DNA of 64,000 bases, taken from the NCBI GenBank assembly GCA_030704615.1, contig CM060732.1:79732001-79796000 (forward strand), given 5' to 3'. The DNA is from Takakia lepidozioides (lineage: Eukaryota > Plantae > Bryophyta). The notes beneath the pieces were generated by a model. The model ran no database searches. It was given only the letters and a program-made list of their open reading frames with translations, and was not told where the DNA came from. Of the stretch, positions 1-9,900 are shown piece by piece. Every line of letters begins with the position of its first letter. Positions within the stretch are counted from its first letter, which is position 1. The position numbers and the translations under genes were made by a program.

Positions 1-39
1 TGAAAATGCCTCTGGGGGATGTTCTTTTTCACTTTACAG

Positions 40-339
40 GTTAACTTCTTCCTGCTTCGTCGGCTGCTTGGAGTTCGAACCAAAGGCACAGAAAAGCAAG
101 GCAGGGTCTCAAAGTTGACAAAGACTGAAGTCCTCATGCTCAACATTGGTTCCATGTCGACTGGTGCGCGTGTGGTTGCAGTCAAAAATGATCTTGCCAA
201 ACTGCAATTGACCACCCCTGTTTGCACCAGCAAAGGGGAGAAAGTGGCCCTCAGCAGACGAGTTGAAAAGCACTGGCGCTTGATAGGGTGGGGCCAAATT
301 CAGGCTGGGTTGATCATTGATATCCCGGAGGCAGTATAA
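40..339 (+). CDS. Translation initiation factor eIF2 gamma subunit, last coding exon (gene begins upstream of the window)
   Basis: Translation [14 protein letters not shown]...[13 protein letters not shown]...[28 protein letters not shown] is the conserved eIF2-gamma C-terminal domain. A pyrimidine tract and AG acceptor (tttacag) end at 39; TAA at 337-339. Confidence 0.93.
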   Translation, partial: VNFFLLRRLLGVRTKGTEKQGRVSKLTKTEVLMLNIGSMSTGARVVAVKNDLAKLQLTTPVCTSKGEKVALSRRVEKHWRLIGWGQIQAGLIIDIPEAV

Positions 340-920
340 AGAAGATGGTTGTGAGTGAAGTACACCCGTCAAGAAAAAGCCCTGCTCTCTCAAAAGGGAG
401 CCAGTCACAAAGAGCAAGACGCTTTGTCCAAAGCTTCTCTAGAGATCTAGCAACAATGTGGATAGGGAGGGAGTCGCTGGGAACAATTTTTGTAAGGTGG
501 CGAAGAAAACCTTGTGTGAGGATCACTGGATATTTCTCTAGTACTGTTGGACTGGTAGAGGCCTGCTTTTATACCAGGCGTCGGGCTTTGCGGACACCAA
601 ATTTAGTCTTAATTGGAATCTGTTTGTATGTCCATTTCTCTACTCAATTCAGATTATGTGTTGCGGGTGGAATTTAACTAACCTTTTGGTTTCCTTGTCT
701 CTACCATCCGCGTCCTGTGCAGTTTGAATTAATAAAGCTCTCCAAAGCATTCTTCCAGTTATACAATTGAGCAGGCACAATTGCTTACTATGCAATAAAA
801 AGCGCCGAAATTGGAAAGAAAATACAAAGCAAAAATTTGGAAAGAAGAAACAGAGCAGTGCTGAGTCACCAAAGGGAAGGCTGCTTCCTACCGGGCCTTC
901 CTTAACTGGGGAGGAAAGCT

Positions 921-1441
921 CTCAGTACCGTCGACCACTCCCCTGAATTCAGACCTCATTAAAAGCATTTCCATTTTGATAGACCAAATGGAATAATTGG
1001 TACTACTAAGGCGATCAATTTGATACGCCCTTGCTCCAGGAAAAGAGGGAGCAGCCATGGGGAATCTATGTCATTAGACAAGACCTAGCCAATGGCAGAG
1101 CATTTGCTCTTGCCCTTCTAATCCTTAACAACAAATTTCATAACAATTGAATAAGCACATGGTCCGAGGTCGCAAGATGTGACTTACAGTGACCATTTAA
1201 GATAAGCAATCTAGTATCAGGCTCTGATACCATGTTCTAAAATACTAGCACTCAAACATTAGTGTAGAGTGAGTATGATTACTCAATTTTATGTATGTAA
1301 GAATGAGAGAGAAGAAGACAGGACAATGTCTCTTCAACAACTCAACAGTCATACCCTAAAGGGTTGTGACTCTTGATATAGATGTGTCCATTCTATATGG
1401 ATGTTAACTTATATAATCTAAATGTTGAATTACATCCAACA
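921..1441 (-). mobile_element. Truncated LTR retrotransposon 5' end: 209-bp LTR (1233-1441) plus tRNA-iMet PBS, probably Copia or TRIM type
   Basis: Minus strand reads TGTTGGATG...TTTTAGAACA followed directly by TGGTATCAGAGC (plus strand gctctgatacca, 1221-1232). The same LTR recurs at 13289-13474. Confidence 0.85.
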
Positions 1442-1487
1442 AAGTCTTAATTGGAATCTGTTTGTATGAATCTTAATTGGAATCTGT

Positions 1488-1870
1488 TTAGTACTGTTGG
1501 ACTGGTAGAGGCCTGCTTTTATACCATGCGTCGGGCTTTGCCCACACCAAATTTAGTCTTAATTGGAATCTGTTTGTATGTCCATTTCTCTACTCAACTC
1601 GGATTATGTGTTGCGGGTGGAATTTAACTAACCTTTTGGTTTCCTTGTCTCTACCATCCGTGTCCTGTGCAGTTTTGATTTAATAAAGCTCTCCAAAGCA
1701 TTCTTCCAGTTACACAATTGAGCAGGCACAATTGCTTACTATGCAATAAAAAGCGAAGAAATTGGAAAGAAAATACAAAGCAAAAATTTGGAAAGAAGAA
1801 ACAGAGCAGTGCTGAGTCACCAAAGGGAAGGCTCCTTCCTACCGGCCTTCCTTAACTCGGGAGGAAAGTG
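1488..1870 (+). repeat. Direct duplicate of the eIF2-gamma 3' flank (copy of ~539-918)
   Basis: Near-identical sequence from gtactgttggactggtagagg to gaggaaag at both positions. Confidence 0.9.
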
Positions 1871-2103
1871 CCCTCAATCCAAGGAAGGCTCGTGGTGGGA
1901 AGATCTCACTGCCTTTGTTGACCAGTCGAAGCACTCAGACTTAGTGTTTGGTCGTTTATTCATCACCCAATCTTGGCCTTGTTTGCAGCTGGCAAGGATC
2001 TATAAGTTAGGGGGTTGATCACAGGGCAAATCATAGTGGTGGAGTGTTTGAAAGGGGTGCTCCAAGTAAGCAAATTTCAGTTGGTATCCCGCTTTCGGTT
2101 TGG

Positions 2104-2709
2104 ATGGCATCACCTGCCGGCGCCATCGCGTCTGATCGGGTGACACTTCGGAAATTCAGCATTGAGGATGTGAAGTACATGATGACATGGGCTGGAGACG
2201 ATGAAGTTACAGCAACAACCCCGCGTGAAACTCTTCAGTCTGAGGAAGAAATCCGTGAGTATTTCAGTTCTGTAATTGATCCCCATCCTTGGTTCAGAGC
2301 AATTTGTGTTGATGGCATTCCAGCAGGGTCCATTTTCCTTAGCATTGGTGAAGGAGTTCATTCTCTCCGGGCGGACTTGAGCTACCTCATTGCTAAAAAG
2401 TATTGGGGCCAAGGGATTACAACGCATGCGACGAAGATGGCTTTGTATGCGGGTTTCGAGGAATTGAAGTTGGCACGCATACAAGCTTATGCATTTGATA
2501 CAAACATTCCATCGCAAAGAGTGCTGGAGAAATGTGGTTTTCGAAGGGCAGTTCTACTCAACAATTTTATCATAAAGAGAGGCACTCTTCTGAATGTATT
2601 TATGTTTGATATCTGGGAAACTCCAGATGAGCACGGAGTGCCTCCGAGCCTTAGTGTACCCACCTGGTGCGGACCAATCAGTGTAGTGAAGAATACCAGG
2701 TTGAAGTGA
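2104..2709 (+). CDS. GNAT N-acetyltransferase, RimJ/RimL (Acetyltransf_3) type, intronless
   Basis: Motifs VTLRKF...WAGDDEV...HPWFRAIC...ADLSYLIAKKYWGQGITT...RIQAYAFDTNIPSQRVLEKCGF, including the acetyl-CoA binding WGQG. First in-frame ATG at 2104. Confidence 0.9.
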   Translation: MASPAGAIASDRVTLRKFSIEDVKYMMTWAGDDEVTATTPRETLQSEEEIREYFSSVIDPHPWFRAICVDGIPAGSIFLSIGEGVHSLRADLSYLIAKKYWGQGITTHATKMALYAGFEELKLARIQAYAFDTNIPSQRVLEKCGFRRAVLLNNFIIKRGTLLNVFMFDIWETPDEHGVPPSLSVPTWCGPISVVKNTRLK

Positions 2710-3082
2710 GTGGTAATCATCCAGACTCCAAAAAGGGAACTTTAATTAGTGCACATTACATGACACAAGATTTGTAGTGCAAAATAAAAGCTGCCTATTC
2801 CAGGACACCCAATCCCTTGTTGGCTGTTGTTGAAGGCCCCAGTTTGTTTCTTCCGGACACATTATAAAGTTTGTTGCAGCCTTGTTTGCTGGTTGGCTTC
2901 TAGAAGGATATGACGCTTTCATAACCCAGATTTTGTGTGGTAGGTTGCCGATGTGGGGCGTTGATGAGTTCAAAGATGAATATGTACACAAGTACTGAAG
3001 CTAGAAATATGCATGAATTTGAACTAACATCAGTTCTTTACCTTGCCGGACTCAGATGTATACTTAGATGCCATAGCAACCT

Positions 3083-4642
3083 TCAACAATGCGGCAGCAT
3101 AACAACATTGGGACCAATTTGAAGAATGACACAATTCTGAAGATTGCTGAATGAATGGCCACCCACATTGTTTGTGGAACCACGAACCTGGTAGTTGATT
3201 GGCCAATTCTTCTGCATCATCTGTTCTGCTTCCCGGAATATAGAATCCAGAAGATCGAAAAAAATTCTCCATATCAGATCAGGACACTTTAGATTTTCCC
3301 TTATCCACTTGAAGCGCTCCAGGAACCTCATCGAAAACAACGAGTGGAAGTGTTGCAGGTACTGTAGCCACAACATTTGAATGTGGAAATAATCCACCAA
3401 AAACCGGACACTCTGTAGGAACGACATTGGCCACCTGATGTTCTTGCAATTTCGCATAGGCACCGACCTCCTGCCAGTGAGCATCTTGGAATGTTGACCA
3501 AGAAATTTCACGCCACTAATAATCCGTTGAAATAGCACGATCTCTGAGCATTTTATCCACAGATTGTATTTCTCGTAACTTTCGGCATCCCTATGTCCGA
3601 TTATGTCCATTCCATATATGGTAGGAACACAGCCTTCCTACATCCGAGTAATTCCTGTCGTCCTGCCGCTCTTGTTTGTCAAAGTCTTCTCAGACAAGCC
3701 GGATAGTCATTCTCTTTGTAACGGTTGCAAGCATATTTTTGCCTATAGGACCTTTGGGATCTGTAGCCTTTCACTTTGAAAGCGCTGTCAAAAACAGTGG
3801 ATGAGGACCGGACTATCCAGGTGGCCAAGAAGGCCTACGAGAAATCATTTTCTCATACGTCTCGATGATGGCTGCAACTTGACAACCGACAGCTTTTCGA
3901 ATGTTGTTCACGCCGCATCTCGCAACATCAGCCTTTACAGTCTTCGAAAGACTGGCTATATCTCAGAACCTTTCCCATGACAGTGTGCTCGATGGAAAAA
4001 TCTTCAGTTCAGTCGCTGCTCTCATTTCAGAAACCGCTCTAATAAAGAAATTTCTTGTACAGTACCAGACGAATGTATAAGTCAAACCGGAAAGTGAAAT
4101 AGGTTGACACATATTGAGCCAACACAAGAGCTTCTTCGTCAAGCGTAAGACAATCAAATTTCTGCACTTTTTTTCCAAGGCCGGCTTTAAAAGACCTTGC
4201 CACAGCTTCGTCACCAGCCAACTTGATTCGTTGATATCTCATGTCATCCATAAGACTTATACAGAATTTTTCGCAAGGTTTGCTGGATTCAACGGCACAC
4301 TTATTGTAGTGAGCACAAATTATTCTGCCTACACCGCGTAAGAATGAATTAATACTCCCAAGAGGATATAGTGAGCCATCACGCTTCTTGGCATCAAGTA
4401 TAAAGCGAGCCAAAAGATCAACGATGTATCTAAGGTCCTCCTGTTCGGTTCCTCAATGGACAATGAGGTATCAATCTTATGCTCCACGCTCCATTCGACG
4501 TCAAGAGTGTTCCGCGACCAATTCTCGCCATGTTTATTTTGACGGCATCCTCTTTCATTTACAATCAGCATTTCATCCTTAGAAGTCAAAGAGCATCTGT
4601 TTCAACAAAACTTTTGTCATCAACGGTACTCTTTGTTAAAGA
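3083..4642 (-). pseudogene. Crypton-like (DUF3504-type) tyrosine recombinase, degenerate; 3' part
   Basis: Fragments FILDAKKRDGSLYPLGSINSFLRGVGR, FFIRAVSEMR (catalytic R), TNKSGRTTGITR (HxxR-like, ~3645-3680) and IIGHRDAESYEKY (GH...Y) occur in the correct order; frameshifts and stops are present. Confidence 0.72.
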
Positions 4643-7600
4643 TGTCAAGTTATTTTACCACTAGTGTGAAGTTAGTTAGGAAATAGCTAGCTTTTATATA
4701 TTGACATTTGGGATTATGCCAAGTGTCAATCCAGGGGCCAATACATGTTTGGGCACCTGACGTTGTTATCTTCACGGCAGATCGCGGTGGGCTCATCTTT
4801 TTCGAGTTGAGCCTCATCGTGTCTAGCTTTGGCGCCGTAGTGTGGATTCCCCATGGCGTGGGGTGCACTTGGCTCGACTTAATATATTAGTGATGTTTTC
4901 ATGTGCAAGTTTGAGAGAACTTGTGTGCTTGTATCATCTTCTTTTCCTTATTACTCGAGAAATATCAGTTCGAGTTTGTGAGTGCCAAGTTCGAGTTGGT
5001 TGTAGCACTTGTGTTTTTAGATCATGAGAAGCGGTTCAGCCTAGAGTGCAGGGATCCGTGCATGAGCCTATCCAAAGCGGATAGAGTGCAAAGGCGAACA
5101 TGTTGCAGGTTTGCAATGGATAGAGAGGTGGGTAGCCTATGTTGAAGAACGGCGTTGCATAGCTCAACGCTATGGCAACCAAGTTTGGGGTTCTAGTGTG
5201 AAGCGGAGGAGACGCTGGCCACGAGTGGGCGAACTGGTGGTCGTCTTCTTCAGCTACAGGCCGAGTTAAGGAGCTGCAGAAATGTGGGCTGCCCATGGGA
5301 AACTAGTGTGTTGCAGGTTGGAGATGATATGATCAGCTCCAAGTATTTCTGCCCGAAATCAGATTGTTGCCGATAGATGAGGAGCAGCTAAATGGTGGAG
5401 CTGCGAGGGGATGCATCGCACTCCGTTGGGAGCTTTAGCTCCAAGCTCATGAAAAGGTATGAGTGAAGAGAGGGGGCTGGTCCCTCTGGTGTGCAAATCA
5501 CTGCACTTGTGAAGCATGTGCTGAGTTGGAGTTTCAATCGAAACTCAGCAGTGTAAGGGCCCTTGGAGTGGCAAGAGCGGGGTTGGAAGGGTAGCAGCGA
5601 GGTGTCCTAGAGCCAGGGGATATGCATGAGAAGTGCATGTGCACCAAGTTTGTAAATGTGGGTATTTTCAGATTCGTTTTTGTGAGCTTTATGAAGAAAT
5701 GGAGCTTGAGGCAGCATATTGCTTGCTTGTTGAGTTTAGGGTGCCTCTGGTGGGTCGTGAGAGCCCAAGAGAGCATGGCAGCAAGCCTGGTGGCTTCGCA
5801 GAAGCCTTAGCTCGGCGGCAGCAGGGGCAGGAGCAAACCCAGCTCGGGAAGAGTTCGGGAACGTGTGGGAATGCATGGTAACTCGTTGGGAGTTCCAGGG
5901 CACGCAGGGAACAGCGGCCGTGATGGGCCGTGGGGGCGGTATCACGAGATACCACGAGCCCAGGCCGTGACTGTTGACCGTGACCGTTGACTGTGACCGT
6001 TGGAAGCCTTGGTGTTGACACAACGGGTGGGCACGGTGACCAGATCGTGGGGATGGCGGACCGTGAAGGCTCATGGGCGTGGTACCACGGGGTATCACGG
6101 GGCAGCCCGTGGCCAACGAGCGCTTAGGGCAGGTCGTGAGAGTCGTGGCGGTTGGAGCCACAGAAGGCCGCGAACAGTCAGAGTGAAATAATAATAATAA
6201 TTATTATTATTATTATGATTTTCACTCGTTTCGTGGGACCTTGATGGGGAGGCTGGGCTCTGAAGAACAATGGTTTTGAGCTAGCTGATCCGGCTGAAAA
6301 GTCGGAATTGCCTCCCTGTTGCGTTTTAACAAAGGGGATTACTTCCCTGCAGTTGCAGGTGCAGGCTCTGTTGGGAACCTAGTATTCCAAACCATAAGCC
6401 GCATCAGGTTCTCTACCCGGTTACCTTGTGGAGAGGGGGTTAGAGACAGGTTCATGACCGGTTGAGTGGCAGTTTGTCAACACGGAGGTGCCACTAGTTG
6501 CTGGGGAAAGTGCCGGTACGAGCACTAGCGATACTAGCGGGTATACGAGACGAGGTGTGCGGTTTAGGCCACCTTCACCTCCTGTGTCTTCTACGGAAGG
6601 TTCTGATTCGGATTGTGAATTAGGATGACTCACACCGGCGGTGCAAGTTCTTTCCTTGCCATTGTTGTGGGACACAATGGAGGAGATGTATGGAGCCACC
6701 AAGGGGCCACGAAGTTACTCGGGGGCGGTGGGCACCATTGAGTTGGATGATTTTATCCAAGAGTTTGATAGTTGATGTGACTTGCAGCAAATGCGCAATC
6801 CACAACTGTTTACGCTTTTCATGGCATGGAACGGGCTGTTTCAACACCTTGAGGGGCCGCCCATGGATGATTACCATGAGTTTAGGCAGGGGCGCGATGT
6901 TGAGATCGAGGAGTGGAGGATGTACTGGTCACCCGACTTTGTCTCCATCACTATAGGCACAAGGGCAGCAGCCACACCGGCAGCTGCAACAGCAGCTTCC
7001 ACGAGTAGTAGTTGGACTAGTGGTACAGCAACTACGACATCCACCCAAGCTACTGTTGCACCAGCACCAGTGGCGGTGTTTGCGTTCAACCCTGTTGTGG
7101 AGTTCTTCGAAGAGTTGAGAAGGAACTACCAGGGGGTGAGGACAGAGAAGTTGAGGAGCTTGCAAGAGTTCCAGAGAAAGCCTATTGAGAGCTTGATGGA
7201 GGCTTCCACTCGCATGAGGCGCTTGATAAATGTAACCCAAGGGGTTACGGAGGCTCAGGCAGTCCAATTCTGGTATGACATATTGGACAAGGAGCTGAGG
7301 AGAATGGTGCGGGATGCAACTCTCCTACAAGCGGCCCAACCCACCTTAGCAAATGTGTTTTTGCTGGCAGAGCGGATAGAGGTCAACATGGTGGAGGAAC
7401 GAGTGGTCATGGTGGGATTTGCTAAGGAGGCACCACGGGGTAGTGGTGCTCTTAGCCAGCCACTACCTCAACGTGCTCAAGGCAACAAGGGGGCTCAGGT
7501 GAAGCCTAGGGAAGGGCAGAGAGGACCTCAGATGCAGGGTCTCTCCCTTCATTTGCTGGCCAACAACGGGCGGATATGGTGTGCTAGTGGGAGGATAGAT

Positions 7601-8712
7601 CCCAACCTTGCAGTGGTACCTATAGGATTGCGTTGCATGCTATGTAGGCATGCTCGTTGTGCCGCCATTATGCTGGTGTGTGATCGATGCTCAAGAGGTT
7701 GTCACATGGGATGCTTGACACCACCTCTCGAGATGGTTCCTGATGGAGATTGGTTATATCCACACTGCTTGGGATAGTGGCAGTGGATATGACTAGTGGC
7801 CAGCAGCTAACAAGACATGGGAGGCCAAGCTCATAGGAGTCAATACCCGAGATCTCAGGCTCAAGTTCATAGGTTGCAAGACGGCGACTAACGATGGGGC
7901 AACGATTGTACCCGGCCTCTTGATCTATCGAGTTTGAGTGTAGTAGAGACAGTGGTGGAGGACTTAGTGAGGCTATGGTCACTATCACATCTTGTGGCTA
8001 CCTGGACTTAGAGGGACCTAAGCGCCAGCTAGGGGGACGATTGTGATGGACTAGTGGATGCACTAATGGTGGCTAGTGGCAGCCTAGTGGTGGACTAGTG
8101 GCTGCACTAGTGGTGCACTAGTGATGGACTAGTGATAGACTAGTGTTTGGTGTGCACATGTGTTGTGTGGTTTTGAACAGCGATGTAGTTTGTAGCGATA
8201 TGTATGCGCACGACAGCTGTCAAGTTATTTTACCATTAGTGTGAAGTTAGCTAGGAAATAACTAGCTTTTATATATTGACATTTGGGATTGACCCAAGTG
8301 TCAATCCAAAGGCCAATACATGTTTGGGCACCTGGCGTTGTTATCGTCACGGCAGATCGCGGTGGGCTCATCTTTCTCGAGTTGAGCCTCACCGCGTCTA
8401 GCTATGGCGCCGTAGTGTGGATTCCCCATGGCATGGGCTGCACTTGGCTCGACTTAATATATGAGTGATGTTTTCATGTGCAAGTATGCGAGTTTGAGAG
8501 AACTTGTGTGCTTGTATCATCTGCATTTCCTTATCTATTGTGATGGACTAGTGGCAGCCTAGTGGTGGACTAGTGGCTGCACTAGCGGTGACTAGTGGTT
8601 GTCTAGTGGCAACCTAGTGGTGCACTAGTGATAGACTAGTGTTTGGTGTGCACATGTGTTGTGTGGTTTTGGACAACGATGTAGTTGTGTAGCGATATGT
8701 ATGTGCACGACA
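4643..8712 (+). mobile_element. Complete, internally deleted gypsy-type retroelement with split direct repeats (SDR copy 1): A1 4643-~4951, B1 8040-8215, GC, A2 8218-~8534, B2 8537-8712
   Basis: Termini TGTCA...CGACA; 4-bp TSD AAGA (4639-4642 and 8713-8716); A and B repeats are directly visible; purine tract agggggacga precedes B1; encodes Gag and PHD. Confidence 0.9.
6782..7777 (+). CDS. Gag-like ORF fused in frame to the integrase C-terminal PHD finger (pol deleted)
   Basis: Retrotransposon gag-like block (FFEELRRNYQG...LQEFQRKPIES...AVQFWYDILDKELR) joined to GRIDPNLAVVP-C-x2-C...LVCDRCSRGCHMGCLTPPL..VPDGDW, which is the PHD seen after integrase in the other copies. Confidence 0.8.
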   Translation: MQQMRNPQLFTLFMAWNGLFQHLEGPPMDDYHEFRQGRDVEIEEWRMYWSPDFVSITIGTRAAATPAAATAASTSSSWTSGTATTTSTQATVAPAPVAVFAFNPVVEFFEELRRNYQGVRTEKLRSLQEFQRKPIESLMEASTRMRRLINVTQGVTEAQAVQFWYDILDKELRRMVRDATLLQAAQPTLANVFLLAERIEVNMVEERVVMVGFAKEAPRGSGALSQPLPQRAQGNKGAQVKPREGQRGPQMQGLSLHLLANNGRIWCASGRIDPNLAVVPIGLRCMLCRHARCAAIMLVCDRCSRGCHMGCLTPPLEMVPDGDWLYPHCLG

Positions 8713-8716
8713 AAGA

Positions 8717-9272
8717 TTTCAAAGAACCTGTGGAGAGGGAGGTATTTGGAAATGCAACTTCTGAAACTAGAACAGCAGGAGATTTATTCTCATCAGGTTC
8801 ACCAAATTTATCAGCAATGTCATCATCAACCTCGTACAAAAAAATGTGCGTGATATGGGCCACAAGAACCACATGTGTAACTCCTCCGAAATCTCAATTA
8901 GAGGAACAAGCCGGCGCATTAGAATCCAACTCTAGTACCATATCTTCAATATTGAAAACCTAAGGAGAACTCACAATAGCGGAATCATCAAATTCCAAAT
9001 CAGATAATGAATATTACGGAATTGAATCAGCCACAACATCAGCAACATCATCCTCATCTTCTCCACTTTAAGCCCTGGGAGACTCAATCGCGACAAAAGC
9101 TTTGACGCCTGATACGCAACAAAAACGGAAATAACACATAGAAAAGCGGGCACTGAGTATAGAATGAGCGCCAACCCCTGGTCGAAAAGATCCGGAAGGC
9201 GGAAAGAAATCTTCCACGTGCTTTATGCAGAGGAAGGCCTCTTAGGTCGGGGGTTCTTGGATTTTCGGGCAT
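8717..9272 (-). pseudogene. 5' part of the same Crypton-like gene, separated by the retroelement insertion
   Basis: Removing 4643-8716 rejoins ...STGSLKSL to TKSTVDDKSFVE... in frame. The upstream limit is uncertain. Confidence 0.55.
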
Positions 9273-9900
9273 GGCCTTCCCCTAAGTACTAGGACAAGAA
9301 TAATATGTAAAAAACTTGATACCAGTCCAACACCAAAGCCAACAGAAGAAGAAAACAGAAGCCAGAAGACAACTGGTAGAAAGAAAGAAACCAGCACTTG
9401 ACTAAGTAGCTACCGCACTTCCTCTTGTAAGTCTAAAAGGAAAGTTGCATTCTAGATCTAGTCTTCTTAAGAGAGCGGCGGTGCCTCCAATTCACTTCGG
9501 ACTCTTCGCCCTCTATAGGGGAGTGATGAGCACTAAAGGAGCTCCCAGCTCGGAGGGATGGTGTCGTTTAATGGTTGTTTATGGACTCGTCACTGTATAT
9601 ACTTGGTCTTCTTTTAAAATGTTCCAAATAATTTATACCATAATGTTTTAGAGAAATATGACTACTGAGGTCTTGGCAACAAAGTTTTGGCAGATTCTTA
9701 TGTATTTAATTATCTGATTTTTATATTTTATTTTTAACAGGCTGGGGATAGTGGCCCTGGAAATAGATTAAAGGGGACAGGATAAAATAACAGGTGAAGA
9801 TACAAGCCGTAAAGCTTATTAAGGGGATACTACCCCGTGGCAAAACTCCGGGAGAAAAAGGGCCACCAACCTAAGGAAGGTTGGGGCTGGAGAAAAGAAT

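Noticed and set aside
345-677. 110-aa ORF downstream of eIF2-gamma (also 13030-13296)
   Set aside because: It lies in the probable 3' UTR, has no recognisable domain, and its recurrence is explained by the duplication.
8218-8712. A2-B2 as an independent solo LTR inserted next to the element
   Set aside because: It has no TSD of its own, the TSD spans 4643-8712, and the same GC-spaced arrangement recurs in three copies.
3083-8712. A single DIRS/Ngaro element combining the tyrosine recombinase and the split repeats
   Set aside because: The recombinase lies outside the repeats, on the opposite strand, and is interrupted by the element with a TSD.
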